The notes under the pieces: model-generated
Told to the model about the DNA's origin: nothing
Seen by the model: the letters and a program-made list of their open reading frames with translations, nothing else
Database searches by the model: none
Virus record (IMG/VR): IMGVR_UViG_3300047174_000111
Span: 1 to 64,000 of that record
Strand: one strand, 5' to 3'
DNA length: 64,000 bases
From: a virus
Part shown: piece after piece, positions 1 to 7,507 of the stretch
Position numbering within the stretch: position 1 is the stretch's first letter
Layout of the letters: each line of letters begins with the position of its first letter
Made by a program: the position numbers and the translations under genes

Positions 1-311
1 ACGGCTGGGCCGGCGACCATACCGTCGCGGCGATCGGCGCGGCCGACGCGCAGGCGCTGGCGCTTCGTCTTTCTCCGGACGCGGCGCGGAAGGTGCAGGC
101 CCATCTCGGCATCGACGTCGACGGCCTAGTCGGCTCGCGCACCATGGCCGCCATCATGGCGCGCAACGACCGCAGCTTCGTCGTCGCCGCGGCGCAGGCC
201 GACGCCCAGCTCGCCGCCTACAAGGCGATGCGGAAATGGTCGGTGTACGGGAACGGCTGGACCAGCCGGCTCTGGTCGCGCCTGGACGCCGCTCTGGACA
301 TGGCCGCGTAG
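1..311 (+). CDS. Endolysin, C-terminal part (peptidoglycan-binding, GH108-type tail); 5' end outside window
   Basis: GIDVDGLVGSRT peptidoglycan-binding motif and the WSVYGNGWTSRL tail typical of GH108 lysozymes. Confidence 0.7.
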   Translation, partial: GWAGDHTVAAIGAADAQALALRLSPDAARKVQAHLGIDVDGLVGSRTMAAIMARNDRSFVVAAAQADAQLAAYKAMRKWSVYGNGWTSRLWSRLDAALDMAA

Positions 312-363
312 CCGCGGCAACCAACCGGGAAGAGACGGGCCACCTCATCACCGGAGCGAGCCC

Positions 364-873
364 GTGTCCCCCGATCCAACCCCTTTGCTGCACGTCCAGT
401 CGTTCCTCGACTGGGCCGTCGCGTTCCTCGCCGCAGTCCTCGTGCCCACAGTGCCGACGGTCGTGGCGTTCGGCGTGTCGTGGCTGCGCGCCCACACCAA
501 GCTCAAGATCTCGGCTGCGCAGCAGGCCAAGCTCGACAGCGTCCTCGACACTGGCGTCGGCATGCTGACGGTCGCGCTGCGCAACGGGATCATGACGGTG
601 CCCGAGATCCACGTCGCCAACCCGACCATTCTGTCCGTGGCCAACTATGTTCTCGATCACGCCGCCGACGAAGCTGCCGCCGTCGGCCTGACCAACGAGG
701 GCGTGGCCCACACGCTGATCGGCCTGCTCGGACGCGCGCTGGACGCTGATCCCTCGACGCCCAGCTCGATCCCCTACGGGCCCGCCGCGCCGCCGATCGT
801 CTTCACGAGCGCGGATGCCGCGGCGGCCGTGAGCGTCGCGAGCGCTGCCGCCTCCATCCCTCCGGCCCACTGA
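364..873 (+). CDS. Putative holin / membrane protein
   Basis: N-terminal transmembrane segment; directly follows the endolysin. Confidence 0.5.
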   Translation: MSPDPTPLLHVQSFLDWAVAFLAAVLVPTVPTVVAFGVSWLRAHTKLKISAAQQAKLDSVLDTGVGMLTVALRNGIMTVPEIHVANPTILSVANYVLDHAADEAAAVGLTNEGVAHTLIGLLGRALDADPSTPSSIPYGPAAPPIVFTSADAAAAVSVASAAASIPPAH

Positions 874-924
874 ACCCGGCGCAATCTCCGCCGTTTCCTC
901 TCAACACACCAGGAGCACATCGCC

Positions 925-1581
925 ATGGGTCACGCCCGCACCCCGCGTGTCGCCGATTGCGTCGTCTACCGCATGGGAAGCCGCGAATACGACGCGTTGC
1001 CGCGGGGCAGCAGCGAGGCCCGCGTCCATGCCGCCATCATCACGCGGGTCTACACGCCGGAGTGCGTGAACCTGCACGTCTTCTTCGACGCGGCCGACAA
1101 TTTCGTCAGGACGTCGGTGAGTCACGAACCCGAGCTGGCCGAGGGCGTCGAGAACACCTCGGGCAACAGCCATTGGCTCTGGCCCGACGAGGTCGAGACG
1201 GACATGCTGCCCAACCCGCAGCCGCAGATCGTCGAGCCGTATGATCCGACGAAGCCGCCGACCACGACGACGGCGATCCAGCGCGAGACCGGCGGCCCGT
1301 ACCTGCCGGCGCACAACGCGAGCCTGACCGACGCCCCGACCCAGGCGATGGGCGGACCGGCGCCATCGCCGCTGCAAACGCCGCCCACCGCGGCGCTGCC
1401 GTCGCCGAACACGCCGCCCGAGACGTCGCAGACGCCGTTCGTGGCGCCGCAGTCCGCCTCGGGCACATCGACGCCGACCGCGTCACAGGCGAGCCCTGCC
1501 GCGAACGAAGCGCCGGCCAATCCGACCGTGCCGACCGCATCCCCAGCGCCCCCGCCGCCCGGCGCGACGATCACGAGCTGA
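925..1581 (+). CDS. Hypothetical protein with Pro/Thr-rich C-terminal tail
   Basis: AGGAG RBS upstream; followed by a terminator. Confidence 0.65.
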   Translation: MGHARTPRVADCVVYRMGSREYDALPRGSSEARVHAAIITRVYTPECVNLHVFFDAADNFVRTSVSHEPELAEGVENTSGNSHWLWPDEVETDMLPNPQPQIVEPYDPTKPPTTTTAIQRETGGPYLPAHNASLTDAPTQAMGGPAPSPLQTPPTAALPSPNTPPETSQTPFVAPQSASGTSTPTASQASPAANEAPANPTVPTASPAPPPPGATITS

Positions 1582-1598
1582 TCGCTCGACGAAAAGCG

Positions 1599-1632
1599 AA
1601 ACCCCCGCCTGGAGCGATCCAGGCGGGGGTTT
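1599..1632 (+). terminator. Intrinsic terminator hairpin
   Basis: AAACCCCCGCCTGGA / TCCAGGCGGGGGTTT inverted repeat after the stop codon. Confidence 0.75.
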
Positions 1633-1878
1633 GTAATTAAGGGGCCTTGTGGAGGCGCACTATGCCGATCAGATTTTTTCGTGCAACGAAAAATTCCTCT
1701 TGCGGCGCGGCGCGGCAAAGGCGTAACGCTTGGCTCAGCCATGACACCCTGTTCCTCATATCGCGTCCGCGAAGCCAGCATCCGGTCGTTCGGGCAAAAC
1801 CCGGCACAGGATAACGGTACGTGCGTGGAGGGACGGCTCTAGTCGGGAACACCACATCCTGACGGTGGCGAAAGCCAG

Positions 1879-1910
1879 AGCCTCCCGGGTCACCCCGCGG
1901 AGGCTTTTTT
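1879..1910 (+). terminator. Intrinsic terminator upstream of the tRNA array
   Basis: AGCCTCC...GGAGGCT stem followed by a T-run. Confidence 0.65.
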
Positions 1911-1991
1911 ATTGGTCTGTCGACATGGCAATCCCGCGGAAGCCCGGGGTCTAGAGCCGCACGTCGCGGCCAGGTAGCACTAGATTTCTGT

Positions 1992-2063
1992 GGGGGCGTG
2001 ACGCGGCCGTCTGGCTGGTTCTGCAAACCGGTTCTCCGAGTTCGACTCTCGGCGCCTCCACCA
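1992..2063 (+). tRNA. tRNA-Ala(TGC)
   Basis: G3-U70 pair, A73, CCA end, canonical T-arm; C at position 33. Confidence 0.75.
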
Positions 2064-2065
2064 AT

Positions 2066-2140
2066 GCGGTCATAGCTCAGTGGGTTGAGCAGCTCGTTGC
2101 CAACGAGCAGGTGAGGGTTCGATTCCCTCTGGCCGCTCCA
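2066..2140 (+). tRNA. tRNA-Gly(GCC)
   Basis: Cloverleaf, loop TTGCCAA, CCA end. Confidence 0.9.
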
Positions 2141-2147
2141 ATTTCGT

Positions 2148-2239
2148 GGTCGTCGGCTCTGGTGAGCAGCGGGGCTTTATAAGCCCTGGAGAGCGGCCGG
2201 ACAGGCTGCAACGGCAGGGCTCGAAACCCTGGACGACTA
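2148..2239 (+). tRNA. tRNA-Ile(TAT) with long variable region
   Basis: GGTCGTC/GACGACT acceptor, GGGGC-TTTATAA-GCCCT anticodon arm, about 27-nt variable region. Confidence 0.7.
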
Positions 2240-2244
2240 TCGAT

Positions 2245-2316
2245 AGCGGGGAGGATGGGATCCCACTTGGTCTCATAAGCCGAGGGCAGACGGTTCGACT
2301 CCGTCCCCCGCTACCA
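2245..2316 (+). tRNA. tRNA-Met(CAT), initiator-like
   Basis: AGCGGGG/CCCCGCT acceptor, loop CTCATAA, CCA end. Confidence 0.8.
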
Positions 2317-2317
2317 T

Positions 2318-2393
2318 GCCGAGCTGGTGAAGGTGGTCCTCACGCCTGTTTGAAGAACAGGAGAATGCGGTTCGATCCCGCGGCTCGGCACCA
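2318..2393 (+). tRNA. tRNA-Phe(GAA)
   Basis: CCTGT-TTGAAGA-ACAGG anticodon arm, CCA end. Confidence 0.9.
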
Positions 2394-2400
2394 TCGCTTT

Positions 2401-2475
2401 GCGGCGCTCGTAATCTGGGGATTGCCTCGGCCTTCCAAGCCGATGAGACGGGTTCGATTCCCGTGCGCCGCTCCA
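2401..2475 (+). tRNA. tRNA-Gly(TCC)
   Basis: Loop CTTCCAA, U73, CCA end. Confidence 0.9.
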
Positions 2476-2476
2476 A

Positions 2477-2553
2477 TCCCTACGACTCTGATTGGCACAG
2501 GGGCCGCGCTGTTAACGCGGATGCTCCGGGTTCGAATCCTGGGTAGGGAGCCA
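2477..2553 (+). tRNA. tRNA-Asn(GTT)
   Basis: Loop CTGTTAA, G73, CCA end. Confidence 0.9.
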
Positions 2554-2561
2554 ATCGCTTT

Positions 2562-2635
2562 GGGAGAGAAGTGTTACGGTAGCATCTGGGTCTCCAAAAC
2601 CTCCGGCGCAGGTTCGACTCCTGCCTCTCCTGCCA
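2562..2635 (+). tRNA. tRNA-Trp(CCA)
   Basis: Loop CTCCAAA, G73, CCA end; anticodon stem partly mismatched. Confidence 0.8.
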
Positions 2636-2636
2636 T

Positions 2637-2712
2637 CCACCGCGAGCCAGACGGCAGAGGCGTTCCGCTGCAAACGGAAATACACGGCGTTCAATTCGTC
2701 GGCGGTGGTCCA
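2637..2712 (+). tRNA. tRNA-Cys(GCA)
   Basis: TTCCG-CTGCAAA-CGGAA anticodon arm, U73, CCA end. Confidence 0.85.
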
Positions 2713-2713
2713 T

Positions 2714-2788
2714 GGTGGCCGTGTTGTAGTGGGCTGCATGGCTCTCTGTGAAGGAGAAGGTGAGGGTTCGATCCCCTCCGGCCACCCA
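2714..2788 (+). tRNA. tRNA-His(GTG)
   Basis: G-1:C73 extra pair, loop CTGTGAA. Confidence 0.8.
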
Positions 2789-2792
2789 TCAT

Positions 2793-2867
2793 GCCGGCTT
2801 AGCACAGCGGAAGTGCAGCGGTTTTGTGAACCGAAGGTCGGGAGTTCGAATCTCTCAGCCGGCACCA
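2793..2867 (+). tRNA. tRNA-Thr(TGT)
   Basis: GCCGGCT/AGCCGGC acceptor, loop TTTGTGA (G37), CCA end. Confidence 0.8.
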
Positions 2868-2871
2868 TTGC

Positions 2872-2945
2872 TCCCCATTCTTCCAACGGCAGGAAACGGC
2901 GCTCTGAACGCCGCAATCGTGGTTCAAGTCCACGGTGGGGATCCA
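2872..2945 (+). tRNA. tRNA-Gln(CTG)
   Basis: CGGCG-CTCTGAA-CGCCG anticodon arm, CCA end. Confidence 0.9.
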
Positions 2946-2952
2946 GTTTCGA

Positions 2953-3035
2953 TCCGGGCTCGCCTAACGTTTCCAGGTGGGGACACGAGTCTTTGAAGCT
3001 CGCGGCAGGAGGTTCGATACCTTGGCCCGGAACCA
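2953..3035 (+). tRNA. tRNA-Gln(TTG)
   Basis: Loop CTTTGAA, CCA end; enlarged D region. Confidence 0.75.
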
Positions 3036-3040
3036 GATAA

Positions 3041-3112
3041 CGCCCGTTCGTCTAGCGGCCTGGACGCTCGGTTCTCAACCGAGAGGTGCGGGGTCGGCAC
3101 CCGCACGGGCGA
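3041..3112 (+). tRNA. tRNA-Glu(CTC)
   Basis: CTCGG-TTCTCAA-CCGAG anticodon arm; atypical T-loop GTCGGCA. Confidence 0.8.
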
Positions 3113-3121
3113 TGCCGCCTT

Positions 3122-3210
3122 GGATGGTCACCCCGGCAGGCGCCGGGCGCCCGTTGGAAGCGGGATGGCGCCCCTCGGGGCGTGGGCTTCGAGTGCTCGG
3201 CCATCCGCCA
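3122..3210 (+). tRNA. tRNA-Ser(GGA)
   Basis: Long variable arm, loop TTGGAAG, G73, CCA end. Confidence 0.8.
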
Positions 3211-3214
3211 GTTT

Positions 3215-3302
3215 GGAGAGTGAACCGGCCAGGGCGCCGGCGCCGTTTTGAAAACGGATGGCACCGCGAGGTGTGGGCATCGTGCGCACCCGCTCTCCGC
3301 CA
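3215..3302 (+). tRNA. tRNA-Ser(TGA)
   Basis: Long variable arm, loop TTTGAAA, G73, CCA end. Confidence 0.8.
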
Positions 3303-3305
3303 GAT

Positions 3306-3391
3306 GGAAGGTCAACCGGGACGGCTCCCGGCGCTCGTTCGAAGCGAGATGGCACCCTTGCGGGTGTGGCGATCGACACGCCGGCCTTCCG
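3306..3391 (+). tRNA. tRNA-Ser(CGA)
   Basis: Long variable arm, loop TTCGAAG, G73. Confidence 0.8.
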
Positions 3392-3392
3392 C

Positions 3393-3620
3393 CGCGAGAG
3401 CGTTGCTCCGCCATGGGGCAGGCCGGCAAAGCCAGGATATGGTTCTCCTGATAGGGGACTGCGGCCTGGACGCTCGCGATCTGCCAGCACTAGCTCCCGC
3501 GCCGGTTCGCAGCCGCGGACGTGGGCGCGAAGACCCTTCCGGGCGGCGGGGTGACTTCGTGCTGGTGGAACGAGCCGGGCGCACGAGGCTGCGAGACGTG
3601 CGCCCGGCGAGTCGCCCATG
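3393..3620 (+). ncRNA. Unidentified structured RNA with kissing-loop/pseudoknot potential
   Basis: Several 7-12 bp helices; loop 3586-3596 is complementary to 3506-3514. Confidence 0.45.
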
Positions 3621-3772
3621 ACGACGCAGTTACGTAGCTACGCAGTGCTGTTATGATGTAACCACGTCATGCAGTCATGATAGCATGATTGCATTCGATC
3701 ACTCAGTTCGCCCGAAAGGGCCACGATGCCCACGTCCCCCAGGTCCGGTAGAGTTGGGGACTCAAGCCCGCC

Positions 3773-3823
3773 ACTTCCGTTGCGAAGTCGCCTGATGAGC
3801 GCAAGCGAAACCGCAAGGTCGCG
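3773..3823 (+). ncRNA. Type I hammerhead ribozyme (minimal)
   Basis: CGC-CTGATGA-GC(GCAA)GC-GAAA-CC(GCAA)GG-TC-GCG; predicted cleavage after C3820. Confidence 0.75.
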
Positions 3824-3870
3824 TAGATCCTCCCAAGGCGGGTTGGTTGGAGGAGCAGGCCGGACCACAC

Positions 3871-3958
3871 GGAGTGCGCAACCGGGCAGGCGCCTGGCGC
3901 GGCCTGCTAAGCCGATGGCCCCTCACGGGGTAGGGTTCGACTCCCTGCCGCTCCGCCA
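3871..3958 (+). tRNA. tRNA-Ser(GCT)
   Basis: Long variable arm, loop CTGCTAA, G73, CCA end. Confidence 0.8.
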
Positions 3959-3962
3959 GATT

Positions 3963-4036
3963 GCCCCGATAGCACAACGGTAGTGCAGCGCGTTGGTATC
4001 GCGCAGACCCCGGATCAACACCGGGTCGGGGCTCCA
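3963..4036 (+). tRNA. tRNA-Thr(GGT)
   Basis: Loop TTGGTAT, CCA end; atypical T-loop. Confidence 0.85.
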
Positions 4037-4040
4037 GAAT

Positions 4041-4126
4041 GGGTGGCGAAAGCCGGCGGGTCCGGCAGGTGCGCTGTAAACGCATCGACTTCGGTCGAGA
4101 GGTTCAACTCCTTCCGCCGCCCACCA
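4041..4126 (+). tRNA. tRNA-Tyr(GTA)
   Basis: Loop CTGTAAA, variable arm CGAC-TTCG-GTCG, CCA end. Confidence 0.8.
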
Positions 4127-4130
4127 CATC

Positions 4131-4206
4131 CCTGGCATAGCTCAACGGCTCAGAGCACGCGGCTGATAACCGCGAGATGATGGTTCGACCCCATCTGCCA
4201 GGACCA
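4131..4206 (+). tRNA. tRNA-Ile(GAT)
   Basis: CGCGG-CTGATAA-CCGCG anticodon arm, CCA end. Confidence 0.9.
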
Positions 4207-4210
4207 TCAT

Positions 4211-4290
4211 GGACGCGTAGCCGGCTGGTGCTGGCGCCGGATTTTTAACCCGGGTCACTTGGACGGGTTCGATCCCCTCCGCGTCCTCCA
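4211..4290 (+). tRNA. tRNA-Lys(TTT)
   Basis: Loop TTTTTAA, GGACGCG/CGCGTCC acceptor, CCA end. Confidence 0.75.
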
Positions 4291-4293
4291 TCT

Positions 4294-4369
4294 GCACGCG
4301 TAGCAATCCAGCGATTGCACCTGCCTGTCGAGCAGGATCAGGCGGGGGCGGCACCCGTCGCGTGCGCCA
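4294..4369 (+). tRNA. tRNA-Asp(GTC)
   Basis: CCTGC-CTGTCGA-GCAGG anticodon arm, G73, CCA end. Confidence 0.85.
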
Positions 4370-4454
4370 CGTTCCCGCTCCACGGCCTCGGCCGCGCCGG
4401 GCTTGCAAGACCTGTCGCAAGGCAGGCCGGTTCCCATCGGGGACCGCGAGATTT

Positions 4455-4522
4455 GCCCTCGCCGATGGACGGCGCCTGGTTTCCTAAACCGGGGTGCGGC
4501 GGTTCGATCCCGCCCGAGGGCA
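4455..4522 (+). tRNA. tRNA-Arg(CCT)
   Basis: Loop TTCCTAA, canonical T-arm, short D region. Confidence 0.75.
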
Positions 4523-4526
4523 TTAT

Positions 4527-4598
4527 CAGTGCGTGGGTCAAAGGCTGACCGCCAGTTTTGGGTACTGGATCATGCAGGTTCGAGTCCTGCCGCACTGA
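4527..4598 (+). tRNA. tRNA-Pro(TGG)
   Basis: CCAGT-TTTGGGT-ACTGG anticodon arm, C1-G72, A73. Confidence 0.85.
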
Positions 4599-4657
4599 GG
4601 GCGACGAGTGTGCCGCGCGCACGGCTGTCCTACAAACAGCAAGACGGGGGTTAAAAG
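4599..4657 (+). pseudogene. tRNA-Val(TAC), truncated at the T-arm by IS607
   Basis: GCTGT-CCTACAA-ACAGC anticodon arm, then GGGGGTT running into the IS left end. Confidence 0.6.
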
Positions 4658-4712
4658 CTGTTCCATAAAATATACCCTTTCATGCCCATAAGGGACGTTT
4701 TATACTATTCCT

Positions 4713-5297
4713 ATGAAGCTGTCGGTATGGGCAAAAGCGAACGGACTGACCTACAAGACCGCGTGGCGCATGTGGCGCGCTGGGGCGTTGCCGGTTCCTG
4801 CGGAACAGCTTGCGACCGGCACAGTGCTTGTCCACCCGCCGCAAGCGCCCGCCATAACGACCGTGGCGCTCTACGCTCGCGTGTCCAGTGCCGATCAAAA
4901 AGGTGATCTCGAACGCCAGCTTGGACGATTGGCCGAGTATGCTTCGCGGGAGCAGATGACCGTCGTGCGCTCGGTGTCTGAGATTGGTTCCGGCCTGAAT
5001 GGACACCGCGTCAAGGTAATGCGCCTGTTGGCTGATCCGTCTGTCCATACGGTTGTCGTGGAACACCGCGACAGGCTCGCCCGGTTCGGTTCCGAATACA
5101 TCGAAGCTGCGATGTCGGCCTCCGGTCGCAAGGTTGTCGTGGTGGATCAGACCGAGATGAAGGATGATCTGGTGCAGGACATGGTTGATGTCCTCACGTC
5201 GTTCTGCGCACGTCTTTACGGTCGCCGCGCCGCCAAGAACCGGGCGGCGAAAGCCCTCGCTGCGGCTGGCTCGGCGACCGAGGACGACGCAGCATGA
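4713..5297 (+). CDS. tnpA: IS607 serine recombinase transposase
   Basis: N-terminal HTH; YARVSS and EHRDRLARFG motifs. Confidence 0.95.
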   Translation: MKLSVWAKANGLTYKTAWRMWRAGALPVPAEQLATGTVLVHPPQAPAITTVALYARVSSADQKGDLERQLGRLAEYASREQMTVVRSVSEIGSGLNGHRVKVMRLLADPSVHTVVVEHRDRLARFGSEYIEAAMSASGRKVVVVDQTEMKDDLVQDMVDVLTSFCARLYGRRAAKNRAAKALAAAGSATEDDAA

Positions 5298-6517
5298 TCC
5301 TCTCCCATAAGATCGCACTCGATCCGGCACCGGAGCAGGCGGTCTATTTTGCCCGCGCGGCTGGCACGGCTCGGTTTGCATGGAATTGGGCGCTCGGCCG
5401 ATGGCAAGAAGAGTATGCGCTGTGGAAGGAATACCAGTGCGGCCCGAAGCCATCAGAAGCCTCCCTGCGACGCGAGTTGAACGCGCTGAAAGAAGACGCC
5501 TTTCCGTGGATGCTGGAGGTGACGAAGAACGCGCCGCAGCAGGCCATCAAGAACCTTGGCGCGGCCTTTAAGAACTTCTTTGATGGCCGCGCCAAATATC
5601 CCCGCTTCAAGAAAAAAGGAGTATCCCACGACAGTTTTCGGGCTGATCCCGGCCCGGACAAGCTGCATCCGAACGCTGTTGAGGTGGACGGCAAGCGTAT
5701 CAAACTTCCGGTCATCGGTTGGGTGAAGATGCGCGAAGCTGTCCGCTTCGACGGCAGGATCAAGTCCGCTATCGTGTCGCGCACGGCGGATCGCTGGTTC
5801 GTCAGCCTGAGCGTCGAAGTCAATCACACGCCGCCTGTTCGTGAAACCCAAACGGCAGGCGGCGTTGATTTGGGCGTGAAAGCTCTCGCGACACTGAGCA
5901 ACGGGACTACCATCGAAGGCCCCAAGGCGCTGCGCCGGAACCTCAAGACGCTGCGCAGACGCAGCCGTGCCCATAGTCGCAAGGTCAAAGGCTCGGCCAA
6001 CCGGCGCAAATCGGCGGCGAGGCTGGCACGGCTGCACGCACGGATTGCCAACGTCCGGCAAGACGCGCTGCACAAGGCCACCACGCGGATCGTGGAGCAG
6101 TTTGATGTGATCGGCATCGAAGACCTGAACGTGCGCGGCATGATGGCAAACGGCAAACTCTCGCGTGCCGTCGCCGATGTCGGCATGTTCGAGTTTCGTA
6201 GGCAGATCGAATACAAGGCCGCGATGCAAGGCGCTCGTATCGTCGTGGCGAACCAGTGGTATCCGTCCAGCAAAACCTGTTCCGACTGCGGCCACATCCA
6301 TACCGGCTTGACGCTTTCGGATCGGGAATGGACGTGCGGCGGCTGCGGCGTGGTTCATGACCGGGACCACAACGCCGCCATCAACCTCGCGAATATGGCC
6401 GCCAGTTCGGCGGCTACAGCCTGTGGAGCGGGACGCTCTGGCCTTGATCTCGCGATCAAGGCGAAACTGCCCGCCGTGAAGCAGGAACCTATGCATGGAA
6501 TATTTGTCTATGTTTAG
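5294..6517 (+). CDS. tnpB: TnpB RNA-guided endonuclease
   Basis: GVDLG, IEDLNV, SSKTCSDCG zinc finger, DRDHNAAIN. Confidence 0.95.
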   Translation: MILSHKIALDPAPEQAVYFARAAGTARFAWNWALGRWQEEYALWKEYQCGPKPSEASLRRELNALKEDAFPWMLEVTKNAPQQAIKNLGAAFKNFFDGRAKYPRFKKKGVSHDSFRADPGPDKLHPNAVEVDGKRIKLPVIGWVKMREAVRFDGRIKSAIVSRTADRWFVSLSVEVNHTPPVRETQTAGGVDLGVKALATLSNGTTIEGPKALRRNLKTLRRRSRAHSRKVKGSANRRKSAARLARLHARIANVRQDALHKATTRIVEQFDVIGIEDLNVRGMMANGKLSRAVADVGMFEFRRQIEYKAAMQGARIVVANQWYPSSKTCSDCGHIHTGLTLSDREWTCGGCGVVHDRDHNAAINLANMAASSAATACGAGRSGLDLAIKAKLPAVKQEPMHGIFVYV

Positions 6518-6547
6518 GAGAACGGCACCAACTGCTATGAGGCTCCC

Positions 6548-7135
6548 ATGTCCAGTGCTACCGCCCTTCGCACCCTCGTGCTGAACGCTGATTTCCGCCC
6601 GCTGGCCACATGGCCGCTGAGCCTCGTGCCGGCGCGCGACGGGATCACCGCAGTGCTCAGCGACACGGCAGCGGTGCTGGAGGAATGGGACGCGGTGTTC
6701 CGCTCGCCCTCGATCGAGGTGCGCGTGCCGAAGGTGATCGCGCTGCGCCAATATGCCCCGATCGACGCGGCGCCGAAGTTCTGCCGACGTTCGATCCTGC
6801 TGCGCGACCGCTACCGCTGCCAGTACTGCGGCGAGGCCTTCCCGGGGCAGGAGCTGACGTTCGACCATGTCATCCCTCGGGCGGCCGGCGGCACGACGAC
6901 CTGGGAGAACATCCTGAGCTGCTGCGTGAGGTGCAACGCGGCGAAGCGGGACCGGCCCGCCAATTACAGCGGGCGCAAGGGCCGCGCAGGGTCGAACGGG
7001 GCGATGCGGCCGCTCAAGGCGCCGCGCCAGCCCACGACCGCGGAGCTGCTGAGGGCCGGCCTGGAATTCCTCGATGCGGAGACGCGAGCCGACTACGGCA
7101 GCTGGCTGTACTGGAACGCCGAGCTGAAGGCTTAG
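6548..7135 (+). CDS. HNH endonuclease
   Basis: RDRYRCQYCG...LTFDHVIPR...CCVRCNAAK. Confidence 0.9.
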   Translation: MSSATALRTLVLNADFRPLATWPLSLVPARDGITAVLSDTAAVLEEWDAVFRSPSIEVRVPKVIALRQYAPIDAAPKFCRRSILLRDRYRCQYCGEAFPGQELTFDHVIPRAAGGTTTWENILSCCVRCNAAKRDRPANYSGRKGRAGSNGAMRPLKAPRQPTTAELLRAGLEFLDAETRADYGSWLYWNAELKA

Positions 7136-7507
7136 CGGCCGCTCCGAAGGCGTCGTCTCAGCGTGTGCCCGAGCAGGTAGAGGCGAAACCGCTCAGGCAG
7201 CTCCCACTGGCGGGCGAACCATTGCCACGCGGCGTCGCGTATTGCGCTGGGAGGGAAATGCTCGGCATCTCTGAGGGTCGGTGCCGTCATTGGCTCTTTC
7301 ACCGCGATGCCTTCCGATGTTTCGGGTGATCCGCGATCTGAAATTCCAGCCGCTCCAGCGCGCGACGGATCGCGCCTGCCTTGTCGCACCATCCGGCGCC
7401 ATAGGCGGCCCCGATGGTGTTGGCGATGTCCGTCATGGCCTCCGACATGTCGCGGAGCTTGTCGCAGACCTGGTCGTGCTTTTCGCTGGTGAGCGGGACG
7501 AGGCGTT

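Larger units (their letters stand above)
4658..6525 (+). mobile_element. IS607-family element (TnpA serine recombinase plus TnpB)
   Basis: Overlapping tnpA/tnpB; ends CTGTTC... and ...GAACGG; boundaries approximate. Confidence 0.85.

Noticed and set aside
1992-2063. tmRNA tRNA-like domain
   Set aside because: It has G3-U70 and tmRNA-like ends but closes as a 72-nt cloverleaf with a TGC anticodon and has no tag reading frame.
4371-4446. Possible extra tRNA (Leu or Ala) or HDV-like theta ribozyme after tRNA-Asp
   Set aside because: It has an acceptor-like stem and hairpins but no proper T-arm or 7-nt anticodon loop, and I could not build the HDV double pseudoknot.
2146-4654. ORFs from the six-frame track over the tRNA array
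   Set aside because: They overlap clear tRNA cloverleaves and have no protein motifs.
1992-4657. Suppressor or selenocysteine tRNA implying stop-codon recoding
   Set aside because: No CTA, TTA or TCA anticodon was found, and the long genes read normally in the standard code.
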